Of a stretch of DNA of 64,000 nt, positions 20,197 to 30,889 are shown one piece after another (within the stretch, counting starts at the first letter, position 1; the number at the start of each line of letters is the position of its first letter). Source of the stretch: an uncultured Acidobacteriota bacterium. Lineage in GTDB: Bacteria > Acidobacteriota > Thermoanaerobaculia > UBA5066. Below the pieces are notes generated by a model. The model was not told the origin of the DNA, did no database searches, and worked only from the letters and a program-made list of their open reading frames with translations. The translations under genes were made by a program, and so were the position numbers. Where the stretch lies: NCBI GenBank assembly GCA_963779415.1, contig CAVZYA010000001.1, forward strand, positions 1,504,001 through 1,568,000, given 5' to 3'.

Positions 20197-21591
20197 ATGG
20201 AGAAGCTCGATCTCCTCGTCGTCGGAACGGGGCCCGGCGGCCAGCGCGCCGCCGTCCAGGCCGCCAAGCTCGGAAAGAACGTCGCCATCTGCGAGCGCCG
20301 GGAGGTGGTCGGCGGCGTCTGCACGAACACGGGCACGATCCCCTCGAAGACCTTCCGCGAGGCCGTCCTCCACCTTTCCGGCATCGCCCAGCGGGGGATG
20401 TACGGCGCCTCGTACACCGTCAAGGAGAAAATCACCGCCGGGGATCTTCTCTTCCGCTGCAACGTCGTGATCCAGAGGGAGATCGAGAACATCCGCCTGC
20501 AGATGAGGCGCAACGGCGTCTCCGTCCTGACCGGGACGGCGTCCTTCGTCGATCCGCACCGCCTCGCCGTCACGAGCCGGGCCGGCACGGCGGAGGTCGA
20601 GGCGGAGAAGATCGTCATCGCGACCGGCTCCACCCCGGCGCGCCCGGAAGGGATCGAGGTGGACGGAGCCACGGTCCTCGACTCCGACGGGATCCTCCAC
20701 CTCACGGCGCTGCCGAGGACCTTGACGGTCGTCGGCGCCGGCGTCATCGGGACCGAGTACGCGACGATGTTCGCGGTTCTCGGGATCGACGTCACCCTCG
20801 TCGACAGGCGGCCGCGCCTCCTCGAGTTCGTGGACGGCGAGATCTCCGAGGCCCTCCAGTTCCTCATGCGGCAGTGGAACGTCACCCTGCGCCTCGGGGA
20901 AGAGGTCGCGACCGTGGCCATCGAGAGGCCGGGGCGCGCCGTCGCCCGCCTGAGGTCCGGCAAGCAGATCGACTCGGAGATGCTCCTCTTCTCGATCGGC
21001 CGGCAGGGGGCGACGGCGGAGCTGAACCTCGCCGCCGCCGGCCTCGCGGCCGACGCGCGCGGCCGGCTCCGGGTGAACGAGCGTTACGAGACGGAGGCTC
21101 CCCATATCTACGCCGTCGGCGACGTCATCGGCTTCCCCGCCCTCGCCTCCACGTCGCAGGAGCAGGGACGCCTCGCGGCCTGCCACGCCTTCGGAGTCCC
21201 GGCGTCTTCGATCCCCGCGCTCTTTCCGCTCGGCATCTACTCGATCCCCGAGATCTCGATGGTCGGAAAAACGGAGGAGGAGCTGACGAAGGAAGGGGTC
21301 CCGTACGAGTCGGGGGTCGCGCACTTCCGCGAGACCGCGCGCGGCGCCATCGTCGGGGACGTCTCGGGGTTCCTGAAGCTCCTCTTCCACCGTGAGACGC
21401 GGAAGCTCCTCGGGGTCCACATCCTCGGGACGAGCGCGACGGAGCTGGTCCACGTGGGGCAGGCCGTCATGGCCCTCGGCGGAACTCTCGACTACTTCGT
21501 CGAGACCGTCTTCAACTACCCGACCTTCGCGGAAAGCTACAAAGTCGCCGCGCTCGACGCCTGGAACAAGCTCGGTCCGAAGCCCGCCTGA
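20197..21591 (+). CDS. sthA: Soluble pyridine nucleotide transhydrogenase
   Basis: GTGPGGQRAAVQAAKLGK, VCTNTGTIPSKTFREA (no redox-active disulfide), GDVIGFPALASTS and FNYPTFAESYKVAA. Confidence 0.92.
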   Translation: MEKLDLLVVGTGPGGQRAAVQAAKLGKNVAICERREVVGGVCTNTGTIPSKTFREAVLHLSGIAQRGMYGASYTVKEKITAGDLLFRCNVVIQREIENIRLQMRRNGVSVLTGTASFVDPHRLAVTSRAGTAEVEAEKIVIATGSTPARPEGIEVDGATVLDSDGILHLTALPRTLTVVGAGVIGTEYATMFAVLGIDVTLVDRRPRLLEFVDGEISEALQFLMRQWNVTLRLGEEVATVAIERPGRAVARLRSGKQIDSEMLLFSIGRQGATAELNLAAAGLAADARGRLRVNERYETEAPHIYAVGDVIGFPALASTSQEQGRLAACHAFGVPASSIPALFPLGIYSIPEISMVGKTEEELTKEGVPYESGVAHFRETARGAIVGDVSGFLKLLFHRETRKLLGVHILGTSATELVHVGQAVMALGGTLDYFVETVFNYPTFAESYKVAALDAWNKLGPKPA

Positions 21592-21668
21592 AGTCCCGGG
21601 GAGTCCGTTGTGCGAAACTCGCGTGCGCCGGCAGGTGATTCCGCGCTCCGGCGCCACCTGGAGGGAAA

Positions 21669-22586
21669 TTGGAGACTGTGTGGGGCGTCCGGGATGAGGG
21701 CCTCCTGCGCGAGATCCTCGAGACCGTCGGGGACGGCGTCTACTTCGTCGACCGCGGCCGCCGGATCCTCTGGTGGAACCGCGGCGCCGAGCGAATCGCC
21801 GGTTTCACGCGGGGCGAGATCGTCCAGAGTCTCTGCTACGAAGACAAACTCCGCCACGTGGACGCCCGGGGAACACCCCTTTGTGTCAGCCACTGTCCGC
21901 TGGTCCACTCCATGGAGGAGGGCGTCCCACACACCAATCGGGTCTTCCTCCACCACAAGAGCGGGCACCGCGTGCCCGTCGAGGTCCACGTCTTTCCGCT
22001 TCGAAACGCGGAGGGATCCATCGTCGGCGCCGTCGAGGTCTTCCGAGACCTTTCGGTGCAGGAGGGGTCCGCGACGGACGAGGAGCTGCGGCGGATGGCC
22101 CTTCTGGATCCACTCACGGAACTCGCGAACCGCCGGTACGCCGAGATCAGCCTCGGCAGCCGGCTCAGCGAGATGAACCGTTACGGATCGACTCTTGGCG
22201 TTCTCTTCGTCGACATCGACCGCTTCAAGGAAATCAACGACCGGCACGGCCACGTCGTGGGCGACGACGCGCTCCGGATGGTCGCCCGCACGCTCCGGAA
22301 CACGGCCCGCGCCTCGGACACCGTCGGGCGCTGGGGCGGCGAGGAGTTCATCGTGCTTCTGCCCAACGCGAGCCACGTGGAGCTGACGGCGGCGGCCGAA
22401 CGGTTTCGGGCGCTGATCGAGAGCTCCGGATTGCGCCTTCCGTCGGGTCTCCTGAACGTCACCGCCTCGATCGGCGCCACGCTCGCCCGCCCGGAGGAGA
22501 CGCCGGAAGGCGTCGTTCATCGCGCCGACGCCCTCATGTATCAGGCCAAGCGGGAGGGTCGGAACCGCGTGGTCGTCGCCGTCTGA
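21669..22586 (+). CDS. PAS-GGDEF diguanylate cyclase
   Basis: PAS domain (DGVYFVD..WNRGAE), DPLTELANRR, DIDRFKEIND..GH..GD and RWGGEEF. Confidence 0.93.
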   Translation: METVWGVRDEGLLREILETVGDGVYFVDRGRRILWWNRGAERIAGFTRGEIVQSLCYEDKLRHVDARGTPLCVSHCPLVHSMEEGVPHTNRVFLHHKSGHRVPVEVHVFPLRNAEGSIVGAVEVFRDLSVQEGSATDEELRRMALLDPLTELANRRYAEISLGSRLSEMNRYGSTLGVLFVDIDRFKEINDRHGHVVGDDALRMVARTLRNTARASDTVGRWGGEEFIVLLPNASHVELTAAAERFRALIESSGLRLPSGLLNVTASIGATLARPEETPEGVVHRADALMYQAKREGRNRVVVAV

Positions 22587-22608
22587 GGGCGGGGAAGGCG
22601 GCCCGGGG

Positions 22609-24249
<1,641 letters not shown>

Positions 24250-24498
24250 GGTGCGGTCACTTTTTGCGAGTCGGCCCGAGATGTCAAGAGTCTGTTCGTC
24301 CGGCGTCCTCGCCGGCCTGGAATCGCGCGGCCTCGTCATGGAGGAGCAGCGGCGCCACGAGGAAGACGAGATCCGGAGACATTGAGTCCGATTCTCAAAA
24401 TCCCGTTGAGGAAAGCCGCCTCGCGGGGGTAGACTCTTCAACGTGCCGGATCGCGGAGGAGCCGCGCCGACGACGAGTTTCTCGAAGGGAGATCAAAG

Positions 24499-24831
24499 AT
24501 GAAAATGAAGTCGAAGCTGTTCGTCGCCATCGCTCTCGTGGCCGCTCTCGGGCTCGCCTCCGCGGCTTTCGCCGCGGACGTGACGCTCACCGGGAATGTC
24601 GCCTGCGCCAAATGCACCCTGAAGAAGGCCGACGCCAAGGAGTGCCAGGACGTTCTCGTCGTCGCCGGAGCGAACGGCGCCACGACCGAGTACTACATCG
24701 TCAAGAACGCCGTCCTGAAGGATTTCGGCCACACGTGCACGGGCGAGAAGGCGGTCACGGTCACCGGCACCGTCTCCGAGAAGGACGGGAAGAAGTGGAT
24801 CACCCCGTCCAGGATGAACGCCAAGAGCTGA
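24499..24831 (+). CDS. Small secreted Cys/His-containing protein (DUF6370-like)
   Basis: Signal peptide, TLTGNVACAKC..CQ..HTC and VTVTGTV; SD upstream. Confidence 0.7.
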   Translation: MKMKSKLFVAIALVAALGLASAAFAADVTLTGNVACAKCTLKKADAKECQDVLVVAGANGATTEYYIVKNAVLKDFGHTCTGEKAVTVTGTVSEKDGKKWITPSRMNAKS

Positions 24832-24834
24832 CGA

Positions 24835-26352
24835 TCAGACCGTCCGCATGCTCCCCGTCCGGAGGAGGTTCCGGTGCCAGCCGAAGGCCTCCTCGAGGAG
24901 GTGCGGGGTGTGCTTGCCGGGAGAGGTGAGAAGAGCGCGGCGGAAGTAGTCCCGGAGCGCCGGCCGGTAGTCGGGGTGGGCGCAGTTTTCGATGATCCGC
25001 TCGGCCCGCTGCTTGGGCGCGAGGCCCCGGAGATCCGCGAGGCCCTGCTCGGTCACGATGACGTGGACGTCGTGCTCCGTGTGGTCGACGTGGGTGACCA
25101 TCGGAATGATGCAGGAGACCGTCCCCTTCTTGGCCGTCGAGGGGGTCATGAAGAAGGAGATGTAGGCGTTCCGGGCGAAGTCGCCGGAGCCCCCGATCCC
25201 GTTCATGATCGCGGTCCCGTTCACGTGGGTCGAGTTGACGTTCCCGTAGATGTCGGCCTCGATCATCCCGTTCATGGAAAGGCAGCCGAGTCGCCGGATC
25301 AGCTCGGGGTGGTTCGAGATCTCCTGCGGGCGGAGGATGATGGCGCTCCGGTACCGGTCCATCTGCGCGCTGAGCTCGTCGTTCTTCTGCGGGCTGAGCG
25401 AGAAGGCCGTGGCCGAGGCGACGAGCATCTTCCCGGAGCGGATCAGCTCCAGCATCCCGTCCTGAAGCACCTCCGTATAGGAGGTCAGGTGGTCGAACGG
25501 CCCTTCCTGGAGGCCGAAGAGGACGGCGTTCGCGATGTTCCCGACGCCGGACTGGATCGGCAGCAGCTCGTGCGGAAGGCGCCCCTTCTTCACCTCGCTC
25601 CCGAGGAACTCCAGGATGTGGCCGGCGATCCGCCGCGACGCGTCGTCCGGAAGCGCGAACGGCGTGTTCCGGTCGGGCGCGTTGGTCTCGACGATGGCGA
25701 CGATCTTCTCCTGCGGGCAGTGGAAGTACGGCGTCCCGATCCGGTCCGACGGGTGGATGAGCGGGATCGGCCTCCGGTGGGGCGGGAGCGCGAACCCCTC
25801 GTAGATGTCGTGCATCCCCTCGAGCTTCTCGGACTGCGCGGAGTTGACCTCCAGGATCACCTTGTCGGCGTAGTCGAGCCAGACCTTGTTGTTGCCGACC
25901 GAGGACGACGGGATCAGGTCGCCGTTCGGAAGGATCCCCGTCACCTCGACGACCGCGAGGTCGAGCTTGCCGAGAAAGCCGGAGCGGACGAAGGCCCCGA
26001 CGTGGGAGAGGTGGATGTCGATGTACTCCATCTCTCCCGCGTTGATCTTCTTCCGGCAGACCGGGTCCGACTGGTACGGAAGCCGGAGCTCGACGCCGTC
26101 CACCATCGCGAGGGCGCCGTCCAGCTCGGGGGCCGTGGACGCTCCCGTCCAGATGCTGATCCGGAACTTCTCGCCGCGCAGGTTGGCGTCCATGATCCGC
26201 TTGGCCAGCGCCAGCGGAACCGCCTTCGGGTATCCGGCGCCCGTGAAACCGCTCATCCCGACGGTGACCCCCGCCGGGATCAGGGCCGCGGCTTCCTCGG
26301 CCGTCACGACCTTGTCGAGCAGGGCCTTGTTCAGAATCCGTGCGCCATCCAT
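24835..26352 (-). CDS. Acetyl-CoA hydrolase / succinate CoA-transferase (AarC/Ach1 family)
   Basis: SGFTGAGYPKAVP, QSGVGNIANAV, LRPQEISNHPE and GIGGSGDF. Confidence 0.93.
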   Translation of the reverse strand: MDGARILNKALLDKVVTAEEAAALIPAGVTVGMSGFTGAGYPKAVPLALAKRIMDANLRGEKFRISIWTGASTAPELDGALAMVDGVELRLPYQSDPVCRKKINAGEMEYIDIHLSHVGAFVRSGFLGKLDLAVVEVTGILPNGDLIPSSSVGNNKVWLDYADKVILEVNSAQSEKLEGMHDIYEGFALPPHRRPIPLIHPSDRIGTPYFHCPQEKIVAIVETNAPDRNTPFALPDDASRRIAGHILEFLGSEVKKGRLPHELLPIQSGVGNIANAVLFGLQEGPFDHLTSYTEVLQDGMLELIRSGKMLVASATAFSLSPQKNDELSAQMDRYRSAIILRPQEISNHPELIRRLGCLSMNGMIEADIYGNVNSTHVNGTAIMNGIGGSGDFARNAYISFFMTPSTAKKGTVSCIIPMVTHVDHTEHDVHVIVTEQGLADLRGLAPKQRAERIIENCAHPDYRPALRDYFRRALLTSPGKHTPHLLEEAFGWHRNLLRTGSMRTV

Positions 26353-26537
26353 CGCTCTTCTCCCTTCCGTCTCCCCGGGACCGCGGGGGCTGGAGGCGGA
26401 GCTTACGTCCCTCGGGGAGAAACCGTGCCGGCTGAAACGACGAGGCGCGCGGACCGTGGGATCGGGTGGACGTTTCAGCAGACCTGGCCCCGGCTTTTGG
26501 AAATGGGATCGAGCCTTCCTCACTTGAAGGTACGATT

Positions 26538-26570
26538 GCCTGTCTGAATTCGACCCCCGAAAAGGTACTT
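26538..26570 (+). promoter_or_regulatory. Candidate ECF-sigma promoter, copy 1 (probably leaderless mRNA)
   Basis: GCCTGTCTGAA-N18-ACTT, 5 nt upstream of the sigma ATG with no SD; the same motif recurs at 28519. Confidence 0.65.
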
Positions 26571-26575
26571 AGTTC

Positions 26576-27091
26576 ATGGATGTCGTTCCCGAGCCGCCGA
26601 AGGCCAGCGTAGAGGTGGCCGAGGCTCTCATGGCCGACCGCGAGCGGCGTCGCCGGCTCTGCGCGTATGCCCGGGTCAGGTTCGGGATCGACATGGAGGA
26701 CGCGGAGGACGTGCTGCAGGAGACGGCGATGGACGTGATGCGGGCGGTCGGCCCGATCCTCCGTCCGGAGGGGTTCGTCTTTCAGGTCTTTCACGCCAAA
26801 TGCTGCCGGCATCTGCGCGGAAGGCCGGCCCGGCGGGCCGTCGTGGCTCTGGCGGACGCTCACGGCGCCGTGCTCGCGCAATCGCCGGTCGGCCCCGGGT
26901 CAGAAGAGATTCTGGCGCTCCAGCAAGGACTGTCACGGATCTCGGCCAAATGTCGGCAGCTACTCCGGGCGCATTACCTCGAGGGGAAGAGCCTCCGGGA
27001 AACCGCGGACGAGATGTCCGTGGCCGGAAGCGGCGTCTGGAACCTCATCAACCGGTGCTTGCGGAGACTGAAGCAATGTCTGCAGCCCTGA
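26576..27091 (+). CDS. ECF sigma-70 factor
   Basis: Region 2 EDAEDVLQET and region 4 CRQLLRAHYLEGKSLRETADEM...NRCLRRL; 171 aa. Confidence 0.9.
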   Translation: MDVVPEPPKASVEVAEALMADRERRRRLCAYARVRFGIDMEDAEDVLQETAMDVMRAVGPILRPEGFVFQVFHAKCCRHLRGRPARRAVVALADAHGAVLAQSPVGPGSEEILALQQGLSRISAKCRQLLRAHYLEGKSLRETADEMSVAGSGVWNLINRCLRRLKQCLQP

Positions 27092-28503
27092 ACCACCTCG
27101 ACGATTGCACCCTTCTGCGCCACGTCGCCAGGGACCTGAGCGACTTCGAGGAGAGGGCGGCGCGGCGACACCTCCTTTCGTGCGACGTCTGCCGGAAGAA
27201 TCTAGAGAAGATCGAGGAACTCGATCACCTCCTCCGGGAAGCGGGTCCCGAGCTGTTCGGGGAAACGGAAATGGAGGGGCTGCCTTCCGGCGACCCCTTT
27301 TGCCTCCGGCCCGTACCTCGTGCACTGACGAAGCCGGCCGCCGCCGCCCAAGGCCGGGCGCGGGCGACCGAGTGTCTCGCCGCGGCGAAGGAGGCCTCCC
27401 GGAGAAAGAACTCGCTTCTCTCCTGCCGGGACGCGGGCGAGAAGGTTCTTCGGAACGCCTTCGATGGGTTGCGACTTTCCGAGCCGACAGACCGGTACAC
27501 CCTCGGTTATGCGCTCGAGGAGGCGGTTTCGCGGATGGTCGAAGCGCCAGCCCTCTGGCTCCGGTTCGCCGAGGCTGCCGTCTCCCGGCTGGCCGCGGAG
27601 CCGAAGGGCCGCCGATCGCCCTCGGTGGCCGATTCGGCCTACCCCCTCGCCGACCTCGTCGGCCGTGCGCACCTCCTGGCCGGCATCGCCCGGAACTGGA
27701 CCGGGGAGTTCGAGAGGGGTGGGCGCGACCTTCTCCTCGCCTACCGGGCCTTTGCAAGGGGAACCGCCTCCGAGGTCGAGCTGGCGCGCGTCGAGCTGGC
27801 CGAGGCCACGCGCCGGTCGTTCGTCGAGCGGGCGCCCGAGGGGCTGATCCTGGCCTCGCGGGCCGCGCAGACGTTCTCCGACTTCGGGATCGCGGACGAG
27901 GAGGCGCGGGCCCTGGCTGTGAAGGGGCTGGCGCTCTCGCGCGATGGACGCGGCGAAGAGGCCCTTCTCGCCTACCGGGAGGCGCTGCCCGCCTTCGAGC
28001 GACTCGGCCTCTGGAACGCCTACGTCTCGACGCTGCAAAACGTCGGGGCCACCCTGATGCACCTCGGCCGCCTCGCCGAGGCCCGGCGCGAGTACGCCCG
28101 GGCTCTCAGGAACGTCTCGCGCACCGAGCGTCCCGCCGTCCACGCCTTCATCCGGCGGAACCTCGCCCGGACGCTCTTCGAGGCCGGGAAATTCGCCCAG
28201 GCGGCCCTTGGGTTCGGTTCCGCCACGTCTCTCTTCGAACAGCAGGGGGCGACCGCCGACGCCCTCCTGACGCTCCTCTACCAGATAGAGTCCTTCGCCC
28301 GCGCCGGGGCCGGCGTGAAGGCGAGGTCCCTGATGGCCGGCTTTGAGCGGCGCGTCGGGGAGCTGGGCGTCCTGGACGCTTCGACCCTGAAGGAGCTCGC
28401 CGCCGCCCTGTCGGGCCGCAATCCGGATCTCGCCTCTCTCGTCCGCCTGCGCGACGGGGTCGAGGAGACTCTGCGAGATCGCCTCGAGAGGTCCGCCGGC
28501 TAG
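27076..28503 (+). CDS. Soluble zf-HC2 (ZAS) anti-sigma domain plus TPR protein
   Basis: ATG at 27076 overlaps the sigma 3' end. HLLSCDVC fits HxxxCxxC. TPR-like helices (EALLAYREAL, QNVGATLMHLGRLAEARREY, RNLARTLFEAG). No TM segment seen. Confidence 0.82.
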   Translation: MSAALNHLDDCTLLRHVARDLSDFEERAARRHLLSCDVCRKNLEKIEELDHLLREAGPELFGETEMEGLPSGDPFCLRPVPRALTKPAAAAQGRARATECLAAAKEASRRKNSLLSCRDAGEKVLRNAFDGLRLSEPTDRYTLGYALEEAVSRMVEAPALWLRFAEAAVSRLAAEPKGRRSPSVADSAYPLADLVGRAHLLAGIARNWTGEFERGGRDLLLAYRAFARGTASEVELARVELAEATRRSFVERAPEGLILASRAAQTFSDFGIADEEARALAVKGLALSRDGRGEEALLAYREALPAFERLGLWNAYVSTLQNVGATLMHLGRLAEARREYARALRNVSRTERPAVHAFIRRNLARTLFEAGKFAQAALGFGSATSLFEQQGATADALLTLLYQIESFARAGAGVKARSLMAGFERRVGELGVLDASTLKELAAALSGRNPDLASLVRLRDGVEETLRDRLERSAG

Positions 28504-28518
28504 AAAAAGAATCCACCC

Positions 28519-28551
28519 GCCTGTCTGAAAACACCCCCGGACCGGCCACTT
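28519..28551 (+). promoter_or_regulatory. Candidate ECF-sigma promoter, copy 2
   Basis: GCCTGTCTGAA-N18-ACTT, with ACCCCCG also shared inside the spacer; upstream of the 92-aa ORF. Confidence 0.65.
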
Positions 28552-28630
28552 TACGGAATGGAAGACGTCCGTAGAGCGCTCTCACCCGGCTTCCACGATT
28601 TCCCGGGAGCGGGAAATCAAGGAGGAGATA

Positions 28631-28909
28631 GTGAGAACACGTCCGGCCCTGCTGCTTTCATGCGCTCTTTTTCTGGCGCCTTCGGCCGCCCTCTACGCCG
28701 CTGACGCCCCCCGGCCCGTCCCTCCGGCGGTAACGGCCCCCAAGCCGGCCATCGGCGGCATCCTTCTGGACTTCGGCCAGTGGCTGAGGGATCGAGCCAG
28801 GGACCTGGGCAACCCCTTCGGGGCCCTGAGCAAGACGACCAGTCCGACCGCCCCCAAGCCTGTCCCTCTGGGGGATTGCGTCGATCGGTCGCACTGCCCG
28901 ATCGGATGA
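28631..28909 (+). CDS. Small secreted precursor protein (putative signalling peptide)
   Basis: SD GGAGG at 28621-28625 lies 5 nt before the GTG. Sec-type signal MRTRPALLLSCALFLAPSAALYA and C-terminus GDCVDRSHCPIG. Confidence 0.7.
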   Translation: MRTRPALLLSCALFLAPSAALYAADAPRPVPPAVTAPKPAIGGILLDFGQWLRDRARDLGNPFGALSKTTSPTAPKPVPLGDCVDRSHCPIG

Positions 28910-28942
28910 GGGTCCCGGCACCTGAATGAGACGAATCGGTCT

Positions 28943-30580
28943 GTGAAAGGCGACACCCGGATTCCCCCCGGCGCCGAGGAGGAGGGGGGCTGCCAGGCCG
29001 CAGCGCACAGCCCCCCGCCCCCGGGCGAATCTCCGACCCGGCCCGACAGCGCCACCCGCTTCCAGGCCCTCGTGAGCGGCGGGCTGGACGCTTTCTTCGT
29101 CTTCCGCAGCGTGCGCGACGAGAAGGGACGGATCGTCGACTTCGAGCTGTTCGACCTGAACAGACGAGGCGAGGAGCGCCTCGGCTTGACGCGGAACCAG
29201 CTCGTCTCGTCGCGCCTGCGCGAGATCCTGCCGGCGTTCCCTCCCGGCTTTCAGGAGAAGTGCCTCCGCGTGGCCGCCTCCGGCGAGATGCTGGAGGAGG
29301 AGGTCGCCCTCACCTCCAGCGGGCCCCAGGCGTCGTGGCTTCAGCTTCAGGTGGTCCGGATGGAGGACGGGGTCGGCGTGTCCCTGCGCGACATCAGCGA
29401 GCGAAAGCGGCTGGAGCGGCAGCTTCTCCACTCACAGAAAATGGAGGCCGTGGGCCGGCTGGCCGGCGGCGTCGCCCACGACTTCAACAACCTTCTGACG
29501 ACGATCCTCGGCTACAGCGAGCTGATGCTGATCAAGCTGCCCGAGTCGAGCCCGGCGCGCGCCGACGTCGAGGAGATCCTGAAGGCCGGCCAGCGGGCCG
29601 TGGGCCTCACCCGCCAGCTCCTTGCCTTCAGCCGCAAGCAGGTCGTCGAGCCGAAGGTCGTCAACCTGAACGCCGTCATCGAGGAGGCCGCCAAGATGCT
29701 GCGCCGCCTCATCGGCGAGGACGTCGACCTCGCGACGATTCTCGATCTCTCGCTCGGGACCGTCCGGGTCGATCCGGGCCAGATGGAACAGGTCCTGATG
29801 AACCTGGCCGTCAACAGCCGCGACGCCATGCCACGGGGCGGCCGGCTCACGCTGGAGACCTGGAACGTCACCATCGACGCCTCGGCCTCGCGCCTTCACT
29901 TCGGCGCCCCGCCGGGGGCCTACGTCCTTCTGGCCGTCAGCGACACCGGGACGGGGATGGACGTCGAGACCCGCTCCCACCTCTTCGAGCCCTTCTACAC
30001 GACCAAGGAGAAAGGGAAGGGGACGGGGCTGGGCCTGGCCACCGTCTACGGCATCGTCAAGCAGAGCGACGGCTACATCTTCGTCTACAGCGAGCCGGGT
30101 AAGGGGACGACCTTCAAGATCTACCTGCCGCGCGTGGAAGGCGTCGGGACGGACGCCGCCGCCGCCGTCCCGGCCTCGGCCGTGGCCGACGGAAAGGAGA
30201 CCCTCCTCCTCGTCGAGGACGAGGAAGCGGTCCGCCGCCTCATGCACCGCAGCCTCAGGGAACGCGGCTACAACGTCCTCGACGCACCGAGCGGCGAGGC
30301 CGCCCTCGCCGTCGCCACCTCCCACCCCGGGCCGATCGACCTCCTCATCACCGACGTCGTCCTCACCGGCGTCTCGGGCAAGAGCCTGGCCACGCTCCTC
30401 CTCACCTCTCGCCCCAAACTGAAGCTCCTCTTCATCTCCGGCTACACCGACGACACCGTCGTCCACCACGGCGTCCTCGCCAAGGAAGAGGCCTTCCTCC
30501 AGAAGCCCTTCACCCCCGACGCCCTCGCCCGAAGGGTCCGGGAGGTGCTGGATGCGAAACCGGCCGGAGCAGCCGGATGA
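28943..30580 (+). CDS. Hybrid PAS-histidine kinase-receiver protein (CckA-like architecture)
   Basis: [40 protein letters not shown], and receiver LLVED...LLITD...QKPF. Confidence 0.95.
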   Translation: MKGDTRIPPGAEEEGGCQAAAHSPPPPGESPTRPDSATRFQALVSGGLDAFFVFRSVRDEKGRIVDFELFDLNRRGEERLGLTRNQLVSSRLREILPAFPPGFQEKCLRVAASGEMLEEEVALTSSGPQASWLQLQVVRMEDGVGVSLRDISERKRLERQLLHSQKMEAVGRLAGGVAHDFNNLLTTILGYSELMLIKLPESSPARADVEEILKAGQRAVGLTRQLLAFSRKQVVEPKVVNLNAVIEEAAKMLRRLIGEDVDLATILDLSLGTVRVDPGQMEQVLMNLAVNSRDAMPRGGRLTLETWNVTIDASASRLHFGAPPGAYVLLAVSDTGTGMDVETRSHLFEPFYTTKEKGKGTGLGLATVYGIVKQSDGYIFVYSEPGKGTTFKIYLPRVEGVGTDAAAAVPASAVADGKETLLLVEDEEAVRRLMHRSLRERGYNVLDAPSGEAALAVATSHPGPIDLLITDVVLTGVSGKSLATLLLTSRPKLKLLFISGYTDDTVVHHGVLAKEEAFLQKPFTPDALARRVREVLDAKPAGAAG

Positions 30581-30889
30581 CACTCGCTCCGTCCGGCGCC
30601 CCAGCTCCGCAGCCGCCGAGGGGTCACTCGCTCTAGAACGAACCGCCGGCAGGAGGCGGGAAGCGACCGTCACTACCGAAGTCGGCAGGTCATTCAAAAG
30701 TAAATTGCGGTGCGACACTAAGGCCCGCTCAATACACCTAACGACTTCATCCCGCGATGGTGTAGTTTTGTTCGATGGCTCCCATCACATGCGTTGCCTG
30801 CGTCGGCCCTTCCTACGGGAGCCGGCCTTCGGCGTTACCAGCGTGAATTACGATTTCGCGGCGCTGCCCGGGAGTGCCGAGGCACCACG

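Noticed and set aside
14007-20963. 1144-aa and 1143-aa minus-strand ORFs
   Set aside because: Only the C-terminal parts (envC and EamA) are real; the upstream parts overlap genuine genes in other frames.
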